Assembly (NCBI GenBank): GCA_963807955.1
Contig: CAWEDQ010000003.1
Span: forward strand, 32,578-96,577
Length of the DNA: 64,000 nucleotides
Source: Terriglobia bacterium
GTDB taxonomy: Bacteria; Acidobacteriota; Terriglobia; Terriglobales; Acidobacteriaceae
Direction of reading: 5' to 3'
Positions 8,837-16,466 of this stretch are shown here, piece after piece. Position 1 is the first letter of the stretch. The number at the start of each line of letters is the position of its first letter. The notes beneath the pieces were generated by a model. It saw only the letters and a program-made list of their open reading frames with translations. It made no database searches and was not told the DNA's origin. Both the position numbers and the translations under genes were made by a program.

Positions 8837-9121
8837 ACCTGCTTGATGAGCACTAACCTGCGTGTCAGTGCGAGATTCCCTATAAGCGTAACCACATTTG
8901 GAATGCTCTGTCTGTTCTGTGCCAGACGTAGCGACGAATATTGTTCCTTTACAAGTTTCCTTATAAGCGCAAGGAATTGGGACGTCAGTACAAAATAAAC
9001 TGTCACAAACATCCGAATTCTGTCTTAAAATTTTCAGCACAGACCCACTATTCTGAAGTGCCTCCTCCTGTGAATGCTTCCCGGCACGGTGCGGCGTTTT
9101 AAAAGGCAGATGTGAACACAA

Positions 9122-9496
9122 ATGGCCGTCGGCTATTCAATTTTGAGCATTGCTCGCTACGAAGGGCTGCAAAAAACACGAACGCTGATTTTAAGTCAAG
9201 CTGGCTACGATGTGTGCGAAGCAATCACTGATCAAGAGGCAATCAGATTTCTGGAAGGTTCCATCGCCTTCGACCTCGTTCTTATCTGTCACTCGGTTCC
9301 CGAACCTAGCAGATTGCTCCTTGCGGCAAAGATCAAAGCCTCGCATCCCGAGATGCCAATCTTAATGGTAGTTGAGGGGTATCAAACTACCGCGGCTCAG
9401 GTGGACAGCTTCGTGCAAGGACTTGAATCGCCTACGGCTTTGCTCGTTAAAGTTGGTGCTCTGATGACGAAAAGGGTGAAACCAGCAGGTCTGTAA
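9122..9496 (+). CDS. receiver-like single-domain protein, acceptor Asp replaced by Cys (LVLICHSVP)
   Basis: 124 aa. GYDVCEA, FDLVLICHSVPEP, MPILMVV. Paralogue of 7357-7707 with the same Cys-His substitution. Confidence 0.7.
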   Translation: MAVGYSILSIARYEGLQKTRTLILSQAGYDVCEAITDQEAIRFLEGSIAFDLVLICHSVPEPSRLLLAAKIKASHPEMPILMVVEGYQTTAAQVDSFVQGLESPTALLVKVGALMTKRVKPAGL

Positions 9497-9548
9497 AAAA
9501 GCCCTTGCGATTGATGACGGAGAAGTTTTCCTCGCATCACACCTACAC

Positions 9549-9851
9549 ATGGGGAATCAGAAGTCTCGCCTCCAGGTGGTACATTCGCGGTCGGTTACGG
9601 GACCCATCTCAGAATTGTATGAAACCGGGACAGTTATCCCGGTGACGGGCATCTATAGGGTGGTGCATTCTGCCCACCGTTTACCCCACGAAGCCCTCAT
9701 AATCCAGGGGCAGCGATTCCCAAAATGCCAAAAGTGTGGGGATGTTGTTTTTTTTGAACTGATTCATCCCGCCGCTGATTTGTTTAGCCACATTACGTAT
9801 TCCATTTGTGAAATCCCAGTAATCGAGGAAGACGAAGACACTGCGGCCTGA
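9549..9851 (+). CDS. hypothetical small His/Cys protein
   Basis: 100 aa. GIYRVVHSAHRLPHEALIIQGQRFPKCQKCG motif and an acidic tail. Same strand as the flanking genes, with gaps of 52 and 60 nt. Confidence 0.5.
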   Translation: MGNQKSRLQVVHSRSVTGPISELYETGTVIPVTGIYRVVHSAHRLPHEALIIQGQRFPKCQKCGDVVFFELIHPAADLFSHITYSICEIPVIEEDEDTAA

Positions 9852-9911
9852 TCGGACGAGAGTGCGAACAATTCAACATCCTGGGTGGACGATTTCTTCA
9901 TCTAAAACCAG

Positions 9912-10106
9912 ATGCCGCAAGAGCCGCCGAAGTTCTATAAATTCAACTGCGTCTACGATCAGAGAATCACAGAGGTGTATTGCCTCCGATGTTCAAAGTT
10001 TCTAGCGGCAAGCCCGCATCGCCTGATCTTATCGATAGTGGAGTCTCTTCACCATTGCCCAAAGAAATCTCAACCTTCGTTTTGGAGTAGCCAAACCCGG
10101 TCTTAA
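9912..10106 (+). CDS. small Cys/His protein, paralogue family member 2
   Basis: 64 aa. PPKFYKF...RITEVYCLRCSKFLAAS...VESLHHC aligns with 7709-7921 and 32517-32720. Confidence 0.6.
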   Translation: MPQEPPKFYKFNCVYDQRITEVYCLRCSKFLAASPHRLILSIVESLHHCPKKSQPSFWSSQTRS

Positions 10107-10163
10107 TTGGGCAAAGCGTCTTCGTCCTCGATTCACCCAGCGAATGGCCTGAGAAACGGGCTG

Positions 10164-10280
10164 CAACCTGAAAGAACTCGATAAGGCACAGTTGAGACAC
10201 AGTCTCCCGAATCAAACCGGAAAAACGGGGCGTATCCGTTTTAAGCCACTCGTCCGATTCGGACTACCTCATTTGCCCCC
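10164..10280. repeat. ~120-nt duplicated non-coding element, copy 2 (upstream of aceA)
   Basis: CAACCTGAAAGAACTCGATAAGGCACAGTTGAGACACAGTCTCCCGAATCAA ... CTCGTCCGATTCGGACTAC. Internal perfect hairpin AAAACGG-N7-CCGTTTT. Outer CCGAATC/GATTCGG pairing. Confidence 0.8.
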
Positions 10281-10363
10281 GCCCTGCCATGTGGCATCTA
10301 ATCGTCTCGGCTGGCAGAGAAACTTACTTTCTCGCCCGACCTGATCAGCAGGAGATATCAATC

Positions 10364-11671
10364 GTGGTTCAAGTCAATCAACATCAGCTCAACGAAAAAC
10401 AGCTCGAGACTCTCTGGGCAAATGAAAAACGATGGAACGGCATTACCCGTCCTTATACAGCCAAAGATGTAATCAGACTGCGCGGCAGCATACATATTGA
10501 ACATTCACTGGCCCGCCTGGGCGCTGAGCGCCTGTGGAAGCTTCTGCACGAAGAAGATTACGTCGCGGCCCTGGGCGCCCTGAGCGGCAATCAGGCTGTG
10601 CAGCAGGTCCTGGCTGGACTAAAGGCGATCTACCTCAGCGGCTGGCAGGTGGCGGGTGACGCCAACCTGGCCGGGCAGATGTATCCCGACCAGAGTCTAT
10701 ATCCCTGCAATAGCGTGCCCAACGTGGTGAAGGAGATCAACAACGCCTTCCTGCGTTCTGACCAGATCAATCATGCCGAGGGCAAAAACGGCACCTACTG
10801 GTTCGCGCCCATCGTGGCCGACGCGGAAGCCGGCTTTGGCGGATCACTGAACGCCTTCGAATTGATGAAATCAATGATTGAGGCGGGAGCGGCAGGCGTC
10901 CACTTTGAGGACCAGCTGGCTTCGGCCAAGAAGTGCGGACACATGGGCGGCAAGGTCCTGGTCCCGGCGCATGAATTTGTGCAGAAGCTGGTTGCGGCGC
11001 GCCTGGCCGCCGATATTCTTGGCGTCCCCACCGTGTTGATCGCCCGCACCGACGCGGACAGCGCAAAGCTATTGACCTCTGACAGCGATATCCGTGACGT
11101 CGAGTTTCTTACCGGCGATCGCACTCCCGAAGGTTTCCTGGGATACAAAGGCGGCATTGACGCGGCCATCAATCGCGGCCTGATCTACGCGCCCTACGCC
11201 GACCTGATCTGGTGCGAAACGTCCGAACCGGACATCGACCAGGCCCGCAAATTTGCCGATGCGATTCATGACAAGTTCCCCGGCAAATTGCTGGCCTACA
11301 ACTGCTCGCCATCATTCCACTGGAAGCGCAAGCTAGACGACGTGACGATTGCCGGATTCCAGAAAGAGCTGGCTGCTATGGGCTATAAGTTCCAGTTCGT
11401 CACGCTGGCAGGCTTCCATGCGTTGAACTTCAGCATGTTTGAGCTGGCGCGGCATTACGCCAAGGACGGCATGGCCGCCTATTCACGCCTGCAGGAAAAG
11501 GAATTCGTAAGCGCTGAGAACCATGGCTACACCGCAGTCCGCCACCAGCGCTTTGTGGGCACCGGCTACTTCGATGAAGTGGCACAGACGATTGCCAACG
11601 GTGAGTCGTCCACGGTGGCCCTGGAAGGTTCGACGGAGAACGAGCAGTTCAAACTCGAAAAAGCAGTATAG
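10364..11671 (+). CDS. aceA: isocitrate lyase
   Basis: ICL signature KKCGHMGGK plus a full-length family resemblance. The ORF opens at 10289, but the in-frame GTG at 10364 is preceded by AGGAGA (10349-10354) and gives a typical ~435-aa product. Confidence 0.95.
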   Translation: MVQVNQHQLNEKQLETLWANEKRWNGITRPYTAKDVIRLRGSIHIEHSLARLGAERLWKLLHEEDYVAALGALSGNQAVQQVLAGLKAIYLSGWQVAGDANLAGQMYPDQSLYPCNSVPNVVKEINNAFLRSDQINHAEGKNGTYWFAPIVADAEAGFGGSLNAFELMKSMIEAGAAGVHFEDQLASAKKCGHMGGKVLVPAHEFVQKLVAARLAADILGVPTVLIARTDADSAKLLTSDSDIRDVEFLTGDRTPEGFLGYKGGIDAAINRGLIYAPYADLIWCETSEPDIDQARKFADAIHDKFPGKLLAYNCSPSFHWKRKLDDVTIAGFQKELAAMGYKFQFVTLAGFHALNFSMFELARHYAKDGMAAYSRLQEKEFVSAENHGYTAVRHQRFVGTGYFDEVAQTIANGESSTVALEGSTENEQFKLEKAV

Positions 11672-11694
11672 CTTTTCGCTCAATGCTGATCACT

Positions 11695-11728
11695 CCCTCC
11701 TGCTGAAAGGCAGGAGGGGTTTTTCTTT
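11695..11728 (+). terminator. rho-independent terminator of aceA
   Basis: CCCTCCTGC (11695-11703) pairs with GCAGGAGGG (11710-11718), 6-nt loop, followed by TTTTTCTTT. Confidence 0.85.
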
Positions 11729-11798
11729 ATCTCGAGCATCAGCGAGAGATCCCTATCATCTTTAAAGAATTTAGCTTTGTATTCCTGTCTTCATGAAA

Positions 11799-11829
11799 GA
11801 CCGTAGGGATCCCTCGCCTGGCTCGGGAT
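11799..11829. repeat. REP-like element family A (31 nt, AGGGATCCCT core)
   Basis: GACCGTAGGGATCCCTCGCCTGGCTCGGGAT is the reverse complement (2 mismatches) of 16399-16429. Confidence 0.8.
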
Positions 11830-11840
11830 TAAAAACACAA

Positions 11841-12506
11841 TCAAGTACCAAGCGTCTTCACCAGCAGCTTTGTGTCATCTGAAATAATTCCATCCACGCC
11901 CATCTTCGCGGCGCGAACCATCTTCCTGGGATCATTGACGGTCCAGGTAACAACTTTCTTCCCCGCCGCGTGGATCTTTTGCACCAGTCGCTCAGTTAAT
12001 AGTCGATAGTGCGGAACCACATATTGAACCGGCAACCTGGGCCAGCGATGGAGTTGCCAGCGGGTTTGCGCAAGCGCGCCAAGAACAAGTTCGCCATCAA
12101 CCTGATGAAGTTTGCGCACCACGCCCGGCAAAAACGATGAAATGAAGTACTGGCGGGGCCGTACACGTTTTACCGCCTGCTGGACGATCAGTTCAATGCC
12201 GCGGACCTTGACCTCGATGTTGAGGAATGAGTCTTTGAATTGATCCAGAACGTCATCCAGCGAAGGCGCGTATTCGTCCACTGCTTTGCAGCTTTCGCGC
12301 AGCCGCCGCAGAGTTTGCCGGCCCACGGTGAGCCGGTTCAGCTTGGGGTCATGGCAGATGATGGTGTGGCGATCGCGGGTCAGGCGTACATCAAATTCGA
12401 AGCCGTCAGTTCCATGCTGCAGGGCCAGATCAAACGCCGGCAGCGTGTTCTCAGGGGCATAAATCCGGGCACCGCGATGACCTAGCAATAAGATTCGGGC
12501 GGCCAA
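11841..12506 (-). CDS. glycerophosphodiester phosphodiesterase family protein
   Basis: 221 aa. GDPD motifs LGHRGA...PENTLPAF and GFEFDVRLTRDRHTIICHD. Confidence 0.85.
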   Translation of the reverse strand: MAARILLLGHRGARIYAPENTLPAFDLALQHGTDGFEFDVRLTRDRHTIICHDPKLNRLTVGRQTLRRLRESCKAVDEYAPSLDDVLDQFKDSFLNIEVKVRGIELIVQQAVKRVRPRQYFISSFLPGVVRKLHQVDGELVLGALAQTRWQLHRWPRLPVQYVVPHYRLLTERLVQKIHAAGKKVVTWTVNDPRKMVRAAKMGVDGIISDDTKLLVKTLGT

Positions 12507-12511
12507 GGCAG

Positions 12512-12823
12512 TTAGTCGAGGTCAAAGTCGCGGAGCGGGCGGCCTTCGTCGGGCGACTCTTTGGCTTTCTTCATCGCTTCCTTGAATTTCTTGTCCAGCA
12601 CATCCGCCTTGTTTTTCTCCGCATCAACGGCCTGGCGGAAGATGGATTCCTTGCGCCCTTCCTGCTCGCGCATCGCTTTGGCGGCGGTTTCAAAATCCGC
12701 AAAGGTCTTGGGCTTGACCGCGGCAACGTGGGAGATAACCGACCGGGTGTCCGGGTCCACCTTGAGCGTGGCGGAGCAGCACGGACATGTGATCTCAAAC
12801 AATTCCTGGGAAGACTTAGCCAT
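12512..12823 (-). CDS. hypothetical protein with N-terminal CPCC motif and a charged helical tail
   Basis: 103 aa. EITCPCCSATLKVDP, then a Lys/Glu-rich region. Plausible coding composition. No family recognised. Confidence 0.55.
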   Translation of the reverse strand: MAKSSQELFEITCPCCSATLKVDPDTRSVISHVAAVKPKTFADFETAAKAMREQEGRKESIFRQAVDAEKNKADVLDKKFKEAMKKAKESPDEGRPLRDFDLD

Positions 12824-12900
12824 AGCCCGATTGTAAGCCCGTTTCGCGTCTCAAGCCAATGAAGACATGTGCTCTGCTAGAATTTCAGCAGGCGGGAAAC

Positions 12901-14052
12901 ATGCCCACAGACTCTCATTTTGTAGACGTACCCACGGCCATTGAAGAGATCCGCGCCGGCCGCATGATCGTCGTGGTTGATGACGAAGATCGTGAAAACG
13001 AAGGCGACCTCACATTGGCCGCGGAAAAGATCACTCCGGAGGCAATCAACTTCATGGCCAGGTTCGGCCGCGGCCTGATCTGCCTGGCAATGACGCCGGA
13101 GCGGCTGGACCATCTGCACATCGGGCCCATGACGCGCGAGAACACCTCGCCTTACGGAACTGCTTTTTACGAAAGCATCGAAGCGCGCGATGGCGTGACC
13201 ACCGGTATCTCTGCCTTCGACCGGGCACGCACGATCCAGGTTGCCATTGATCCCACCAGCCGGGCTTCTGATCTGGTACGGCCCGGACACGTCTTCCCGC
13301 TGTGCGCACGCAAAGGTGGAGTACTGGTGCGCGCCGGGCAGACAGAAGCGTCCGTGGATCTGGCCCGGATGGCTGGACTGGTTCCTGCCGGCGTGATCTG
13401 CGAGATCATGAATGAAGATGGCACCATGGCGCGTGTGCCTGACCTGATTGAGTTCTGCAAGCTGCACCAGTTAAAGATGCTCACCGTAGCTGAGATCATT
13501 CGCTACCGCATGGAAAATGAGCGCTATGTCACACGCGTGGGTGAAGCCATTCTTCCCACACGTCATGGTGAGTTCAGGATGATCGCATTCGCCAGCGAAC
13601 TGGACGGCGAATCCCACGTGGCGCTGGTACGTGGCGACGTTGAGATGAGGCAGGGTCCCGTGCTGGTGCGCATGCATTCGCACTGTCTGGCGGGTGATGT
13701 ATTTGGCGGATCACTCTGCGACTGCCAGACCGTGCTTGACCGCTCACTTGAAATGATTGCCCGTGAAGGAGTAGGAGCGCTGGTTTATCTGCATCAGGGA
13801 TCAAAAGGCTTCAGTGTGGAGGAAGGCAGCCGTCTTACGTTTCATCGTGAGCCCAGAAAAGTCACCACGCCGGCGCACCAGAGAAAGACGCAACGTGATA
13901 TCGGCGTGGGAGCGCAGATCCTGAGCGACCTGAACATCCATACCATACGGCTGCTCACCAATCATCCCAAGCGTGTTGCCGGCCTGGAAGGTTTTGGGAT
14001 CAGCATTGTGGAACAGGTGCCGGTGCCCACCGCAAAATCCGTCGCCGGTTAA
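12901..14052 (+). CDS. ribBA: bifunctional 3,4-dihydroxy-2-butanone-4-phosphate synthase / GTP cyclohydrolase II
   Basis: DHBP synthase motif [14 protein letters not shown]..., followed by a GTP cyclohydrolase II half ([17 protein letters not shown]). The ORF opens at 12859; the ATG at 12901 is preferred. Confidence 0.92.
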   Translation: MPTDSHFVDVPTAIEEIRAGRMIVVVDDEDRENEGDLTLAAEKITPEAINFMARFGRGLICLAMTPERLDHLHIGPMTRENTSPYGTAFYESIEARDGVTTGISAFDRARTIQVAIDPTSRASDLVRPGHVFPLCARKGGVLVRAGQTEASVDLARMAGLVPAGVICEIMNEDGTMARVPDLIEFCKLHQLKMLTVAEIIRYRMENERYVTRVGEAILPTRHGEFRMIAFASELDGESHVALVRGDVEMRQGPVLVRMHSHCLAGDVFGGSLCDCQTVLDRSLEMIAREGVGALVYLHQGSKGFSVEEGSRLTFHREPRKVTTPAHQRKTQRDIGVGAQILSDLNIHTIRLLTNHPKRVAGLEGFGISIVEQVPVPTAKSVAG

Positions 14053-14079
14053 GTTCGGCGCCGGTTAATTCAGCCGCTT

Positions 14080-14343
14080 CTAATTTGGACGCTTGGGCAT
14101 CACCTTTTCATCGTGAATCATGAATTGGGCTGAACAGACGTTGGATCCGCAAATCACTGGAACCAGTCCGCGCATCTGTTTGCGAGTGATCAGGCCCAGC
14201 GTGCCGCATTCCGGACACGACAGCACGGCCCAATAAGGATCGTCGTGATCGCCAACCTCACCCGCATTTTCCAGAACAAAGATTGCGCCTGGCTCCATCT
14301 GCTCCGGAATCCATTCCGTCACGATATTTAATTGCGCCACCAT
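14080..14343 (-). CDS. hypothetical small Cys-rich protein
   Basis: The internal ATG at 14343 is preceded by a strong SD (GGGAGGTGGAAC). 87 aa with CPECG ... CGSNVC. No family recognised. Confidence 0.5.
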   Translation of the reverse strand: MVAQLNIVTEWIPEQMEPGAIFVLENAGEVGDHDDPYWAVLSCPECGTLGLITRKQMRGLVPVICGSNVCSAQFMIHDEKVMPKRPN

Positions 14344-14456
14344 GTTCCACCTCCCGTCGATTTCTCTCCCGTTCCTGCTTGCTCTTTCTGCCAAAATTCT
14401 TGCCTGCCGTTCCTCTGTTGATAAGATGCCCCGTTCCCTTGTTCGCTGACGCCAAC

Positions 14457-14924
14457 TTACGAAGTCTTACGTTTCACGCTGCGGCGCAGGCCCTGCTTTT
14501 CTGCAGGGCGGCGGTTGAAGAGTTCCGCGCGCACATCACGCACCGCATCACTCAGACATACCCCGAACAGCGGCTGCCGGGAATTCTTCAGAATGTCAAT
14601 CACCTGGCTGTGCGAATTCTCAACATAGATCCGTTTCCCATCGGTGAGAAGGTGATATTCGGAACCGGTTGTAACCGCCTGCGCCAGCCGCCCGCCAAAT
14701 TCTTTTTGCAGAAATTTCATAATGCGGCGTACGCGCTGCAGGGGAAACCCTTTTTTGCGCAAGGCACATAGCACGGCGATTTCCGTTACATCGTCTCCGG
14801 AGTACAACCTTCTTCTTCCCTGGCGCTCCGGGACCACAATCCCCCTCTCATCCCACCATTGCAGCTGCCGTGGCGTGATGCCGGTGATCCTGATAACTTC
14901 CGCGGATGTGACATGCTTGTTCAT
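14457..14924 (-). CDS. MerR-family transcriptional regulator
   Basis: 155 aa. N-terminal MerR-type HTH: TSAEVIRITGITPRQLQWWDERGIVVPERQGRRRLYSGDDV. Confidence 0.85.
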   Translation of the reverse strand: MNKHVTSAEVIRITGITPRQLQWWDERGIVVPERQGRRRLYSGDDVTEIAVLCALRKKGFPLQRVRRIMKFLQKEFGGRLAQAVTTGSEYHLLTDGKRIYVENSHSQVIDILKNSRQPLFGVCLSDAVRDVRAELFNRRPAEKQGLRRSVKRKTS

Positions 14925-14933
14925 TTAGTTTAA

Positions 14934-14952
14934 GAAATGTTTTAAACATTTC
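14934..14952. promoter_or_regulatory. perfect 9-1-9 palindrome upstream of the MerR-family gene (candidate operator)
   Basis: GAAATGTTT-T-AAACATTTC lies 10 nt upstream of the start codon at 14924. An extra half-site GAAATGTTT sits at 14959-14967. Confidence 0.5.
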
Positions 14953-15128
14953 ATCCAGGAAATGTTTGAGTTATTTTATGGAGAGAACCATGAAAGTCAA
15001 CCCAAAGTTGACACTAGATACGCGATTAAGACGGAATTTTTGTCGGAACGGGAGCGGGCGGTAAGGCTAAGGCGTGATCGATGGCGGAGGCAGAACCGCG
15101 GAAGGTGCTGCAACCGGCAAACAGTGGA

Positions 15129-15338
15129 TCAAATCCCGCCACCGACAAAATGAACGATCTCCAGTCTGTCACCGGTATGAAGGGCGGTATGTTCCCATAG
15201 GCCTCTCTGAACGATGGATTGGTTCAGTTCCACCGCAACCCGATCAGGCTTCATGCCAAGCTGAGCGACAAGCGTTGCCAGAGTAAGACCTTCAGAAAAT
15301 TCCTTTTGTTCACCGTTGATGTGCAGGACCAAGACCAT
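15129..15338 (-). CDS. thiS: ThiS/MoaD-type sulfur-carrier protein
   Basis: From M44 of ORF 15129-15467: MVLVLHINGEQKEF...DRLEIVHFVGGGI, 69 aa. ThiS-like length and pattern. The C-terminal Gly-Gly is followed by one extra residue. Confidence 0.7.
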   Translation of the reverse strand: MVLVLHINGEQKEFSEGLTLATLVAQLGMKPDRVAVELNQSIVQRGLWEHTALHTGDRLEIVHFVGGGI

Positions 15339-15405
15339 AGACAAATTGTATGACATGGCTGGCAATGGCGGGACGGCATGCACATTTAAGAGTTTGCTGA
15401 GGCAT

Positions 15406-16389
15406 TCAGTATCCTCGTCGCGTATCAACGCGGTTGAGCAGCGGATTACCCGCCATGAGACGGCCAAGGTTCTCCACGATCAGCTCATAGTGCCGGTCCC
15501 ATAAACGTTCGGTGACGGCAGCGGTATGAGGGGTAATCAACAGGTTCTTGAGCGACCATAATGGCGAATCAGCCGGCAGTGGTTCCTCTACAAAAACGTC
15601 CAAGGCGGCGCCGGCAATGCGGCCCGTTTGCAAAGCGTTGCACAGGGCAGCTTCTTCAACCAATGGCCCCCGCCCAACATTGATGAGATAAGCATCTGGC
15701 TTCATCTTATGAAGACGGGATTCGTTGATCATGCCCGAAGTCGCCGGAGTCACGGGCGTACTGAGAAGAACGTAGTCAGCGCGAGGGAGGACCTGGTCAA
15801 GTTCTGTTACAGAGACCACCTCATCGGCTTCGCCTCTTCCCTTTTTCACATCTTCCCGCACCGCAATCACGTGCATGCCAAAGTGTTTCGCATGCCGGAT
15901 GAAGGCGCTTCCGATCCCTCCCACTCCCACCACAACCACATTGGCGCCGGAAAGCTCGCGAGGCCGCGGCCTTTCATTCCACAGCAACGTCTGCGCCCAC
16001 TTCTTTTCTCTCTGGTATTGCATCGCCTGAGGGAGCCGCTTGGCCAGCGCAAGAAGAATTGCAACCGCATGCTCCGCCACCACCGGACCGTGGACATTGC
16101 TGGAGTTGGTAACAACTACATCGCTGGCGATGAGTTCGGGATACATCAGCTGATGCACGGCCGCCGCGGGCGAGTGTATCCAGCGCAGCTTCTTAGCAGC
16201 AACAAACTGTTCCGGCCGTAGCGACCAGCCAATAAAGACGTCAGTATCCGCGATCTCCTGGGGAACCCGATCGTAGTCTTCAAGCTGGAGAAATTGGAAG
16301 TCGGGAAAAGCCGACTGCAGCCGGTCGCGCAACCATGGAGGCGCATGCCAGAGTTCGAAACGATGATGGTGGACGATTAACACTTTCAT
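15406..16389 (-). CDS. D-isomer-specific 2-hydroxyacid dehydrogenase family protein
   Basis: NAD motif VVVVGVGGIGSAF, plus RGPLVEEAAL and PHTAA motifs. Start moved to MKVLIVHH (16389), because the longer ORF N-terminus is a translated REP element. Confidence 0.85.
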   Translation of the reverse strand: MKVLIVHHHRFELWHAPPWLRDRLQSAFPDFQFLQLEDYDRVPQEIADTDVFIGWSLRPEQFVAAKKLRWIHSPAAAVHQLMYPELIASDVVVTNSSNVHGPVVAEHAVAILLALAKRLPQAMQYQREKKWAQTLLWNERPRPRELSGANVVVVGVGGIGSAFIRHAKHFGMHVIAVREDVKKGRGEADEVVSVTELDQVLPRADYVLLSTPVTPATSGMINESRLHKMKPDAYLINVGRGPLVEEAALCNALQTGRIAGAALDVFVEEPLPADSPLWSLKNLLITPHTAAVTERLWDRHYELIVENLGRLMAGNPLLNRVDTRRGY

Positions 16390-16398
16390 TTTTTTCAC

Positions 16399-16429
16399 AT
16401 CCCGAGCGCAGCGAGGGATCCCTACGGTC
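16399..16429. repeat. REP-like element family A, inverted copy
   Basis: ATCCCGAGCGCAGCGAGGGATCCCTACGGTC. See 11799-11829. Confidence 0.8.
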
Positions 16430-16466
16430 TTCGAGGTTTGCACTTGGGATAAAGAGCAGGTCAATC

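Noticed and set aside
8777-8998. 73-aa ORF (and overlapping minus-strand ORFs 8641-9012 and 8825-9121) in the AT-rich spacer
   Set aside because: Cys-rich, non-protein-like composition, no SD, mutually overlapping frames. The region is treated as non-coding.
10289-10363. Upstream extension of the isocitrate lyase ORF (start at 10289)
   Set aside because: The extension overlaps the duplicated non-coding element and adds 25 non-family residues. The in-frame GTG at 10364 has a good SD and gives the normal length.
12824-12900. Looked for an FMN riboswitch upstream of ribBA
   Set aside because: Only 35-77 nt separate ribBA from the divergent gene. That is too short for an FMN element, and no conserved FMN-riboswitch-like segments were seen.
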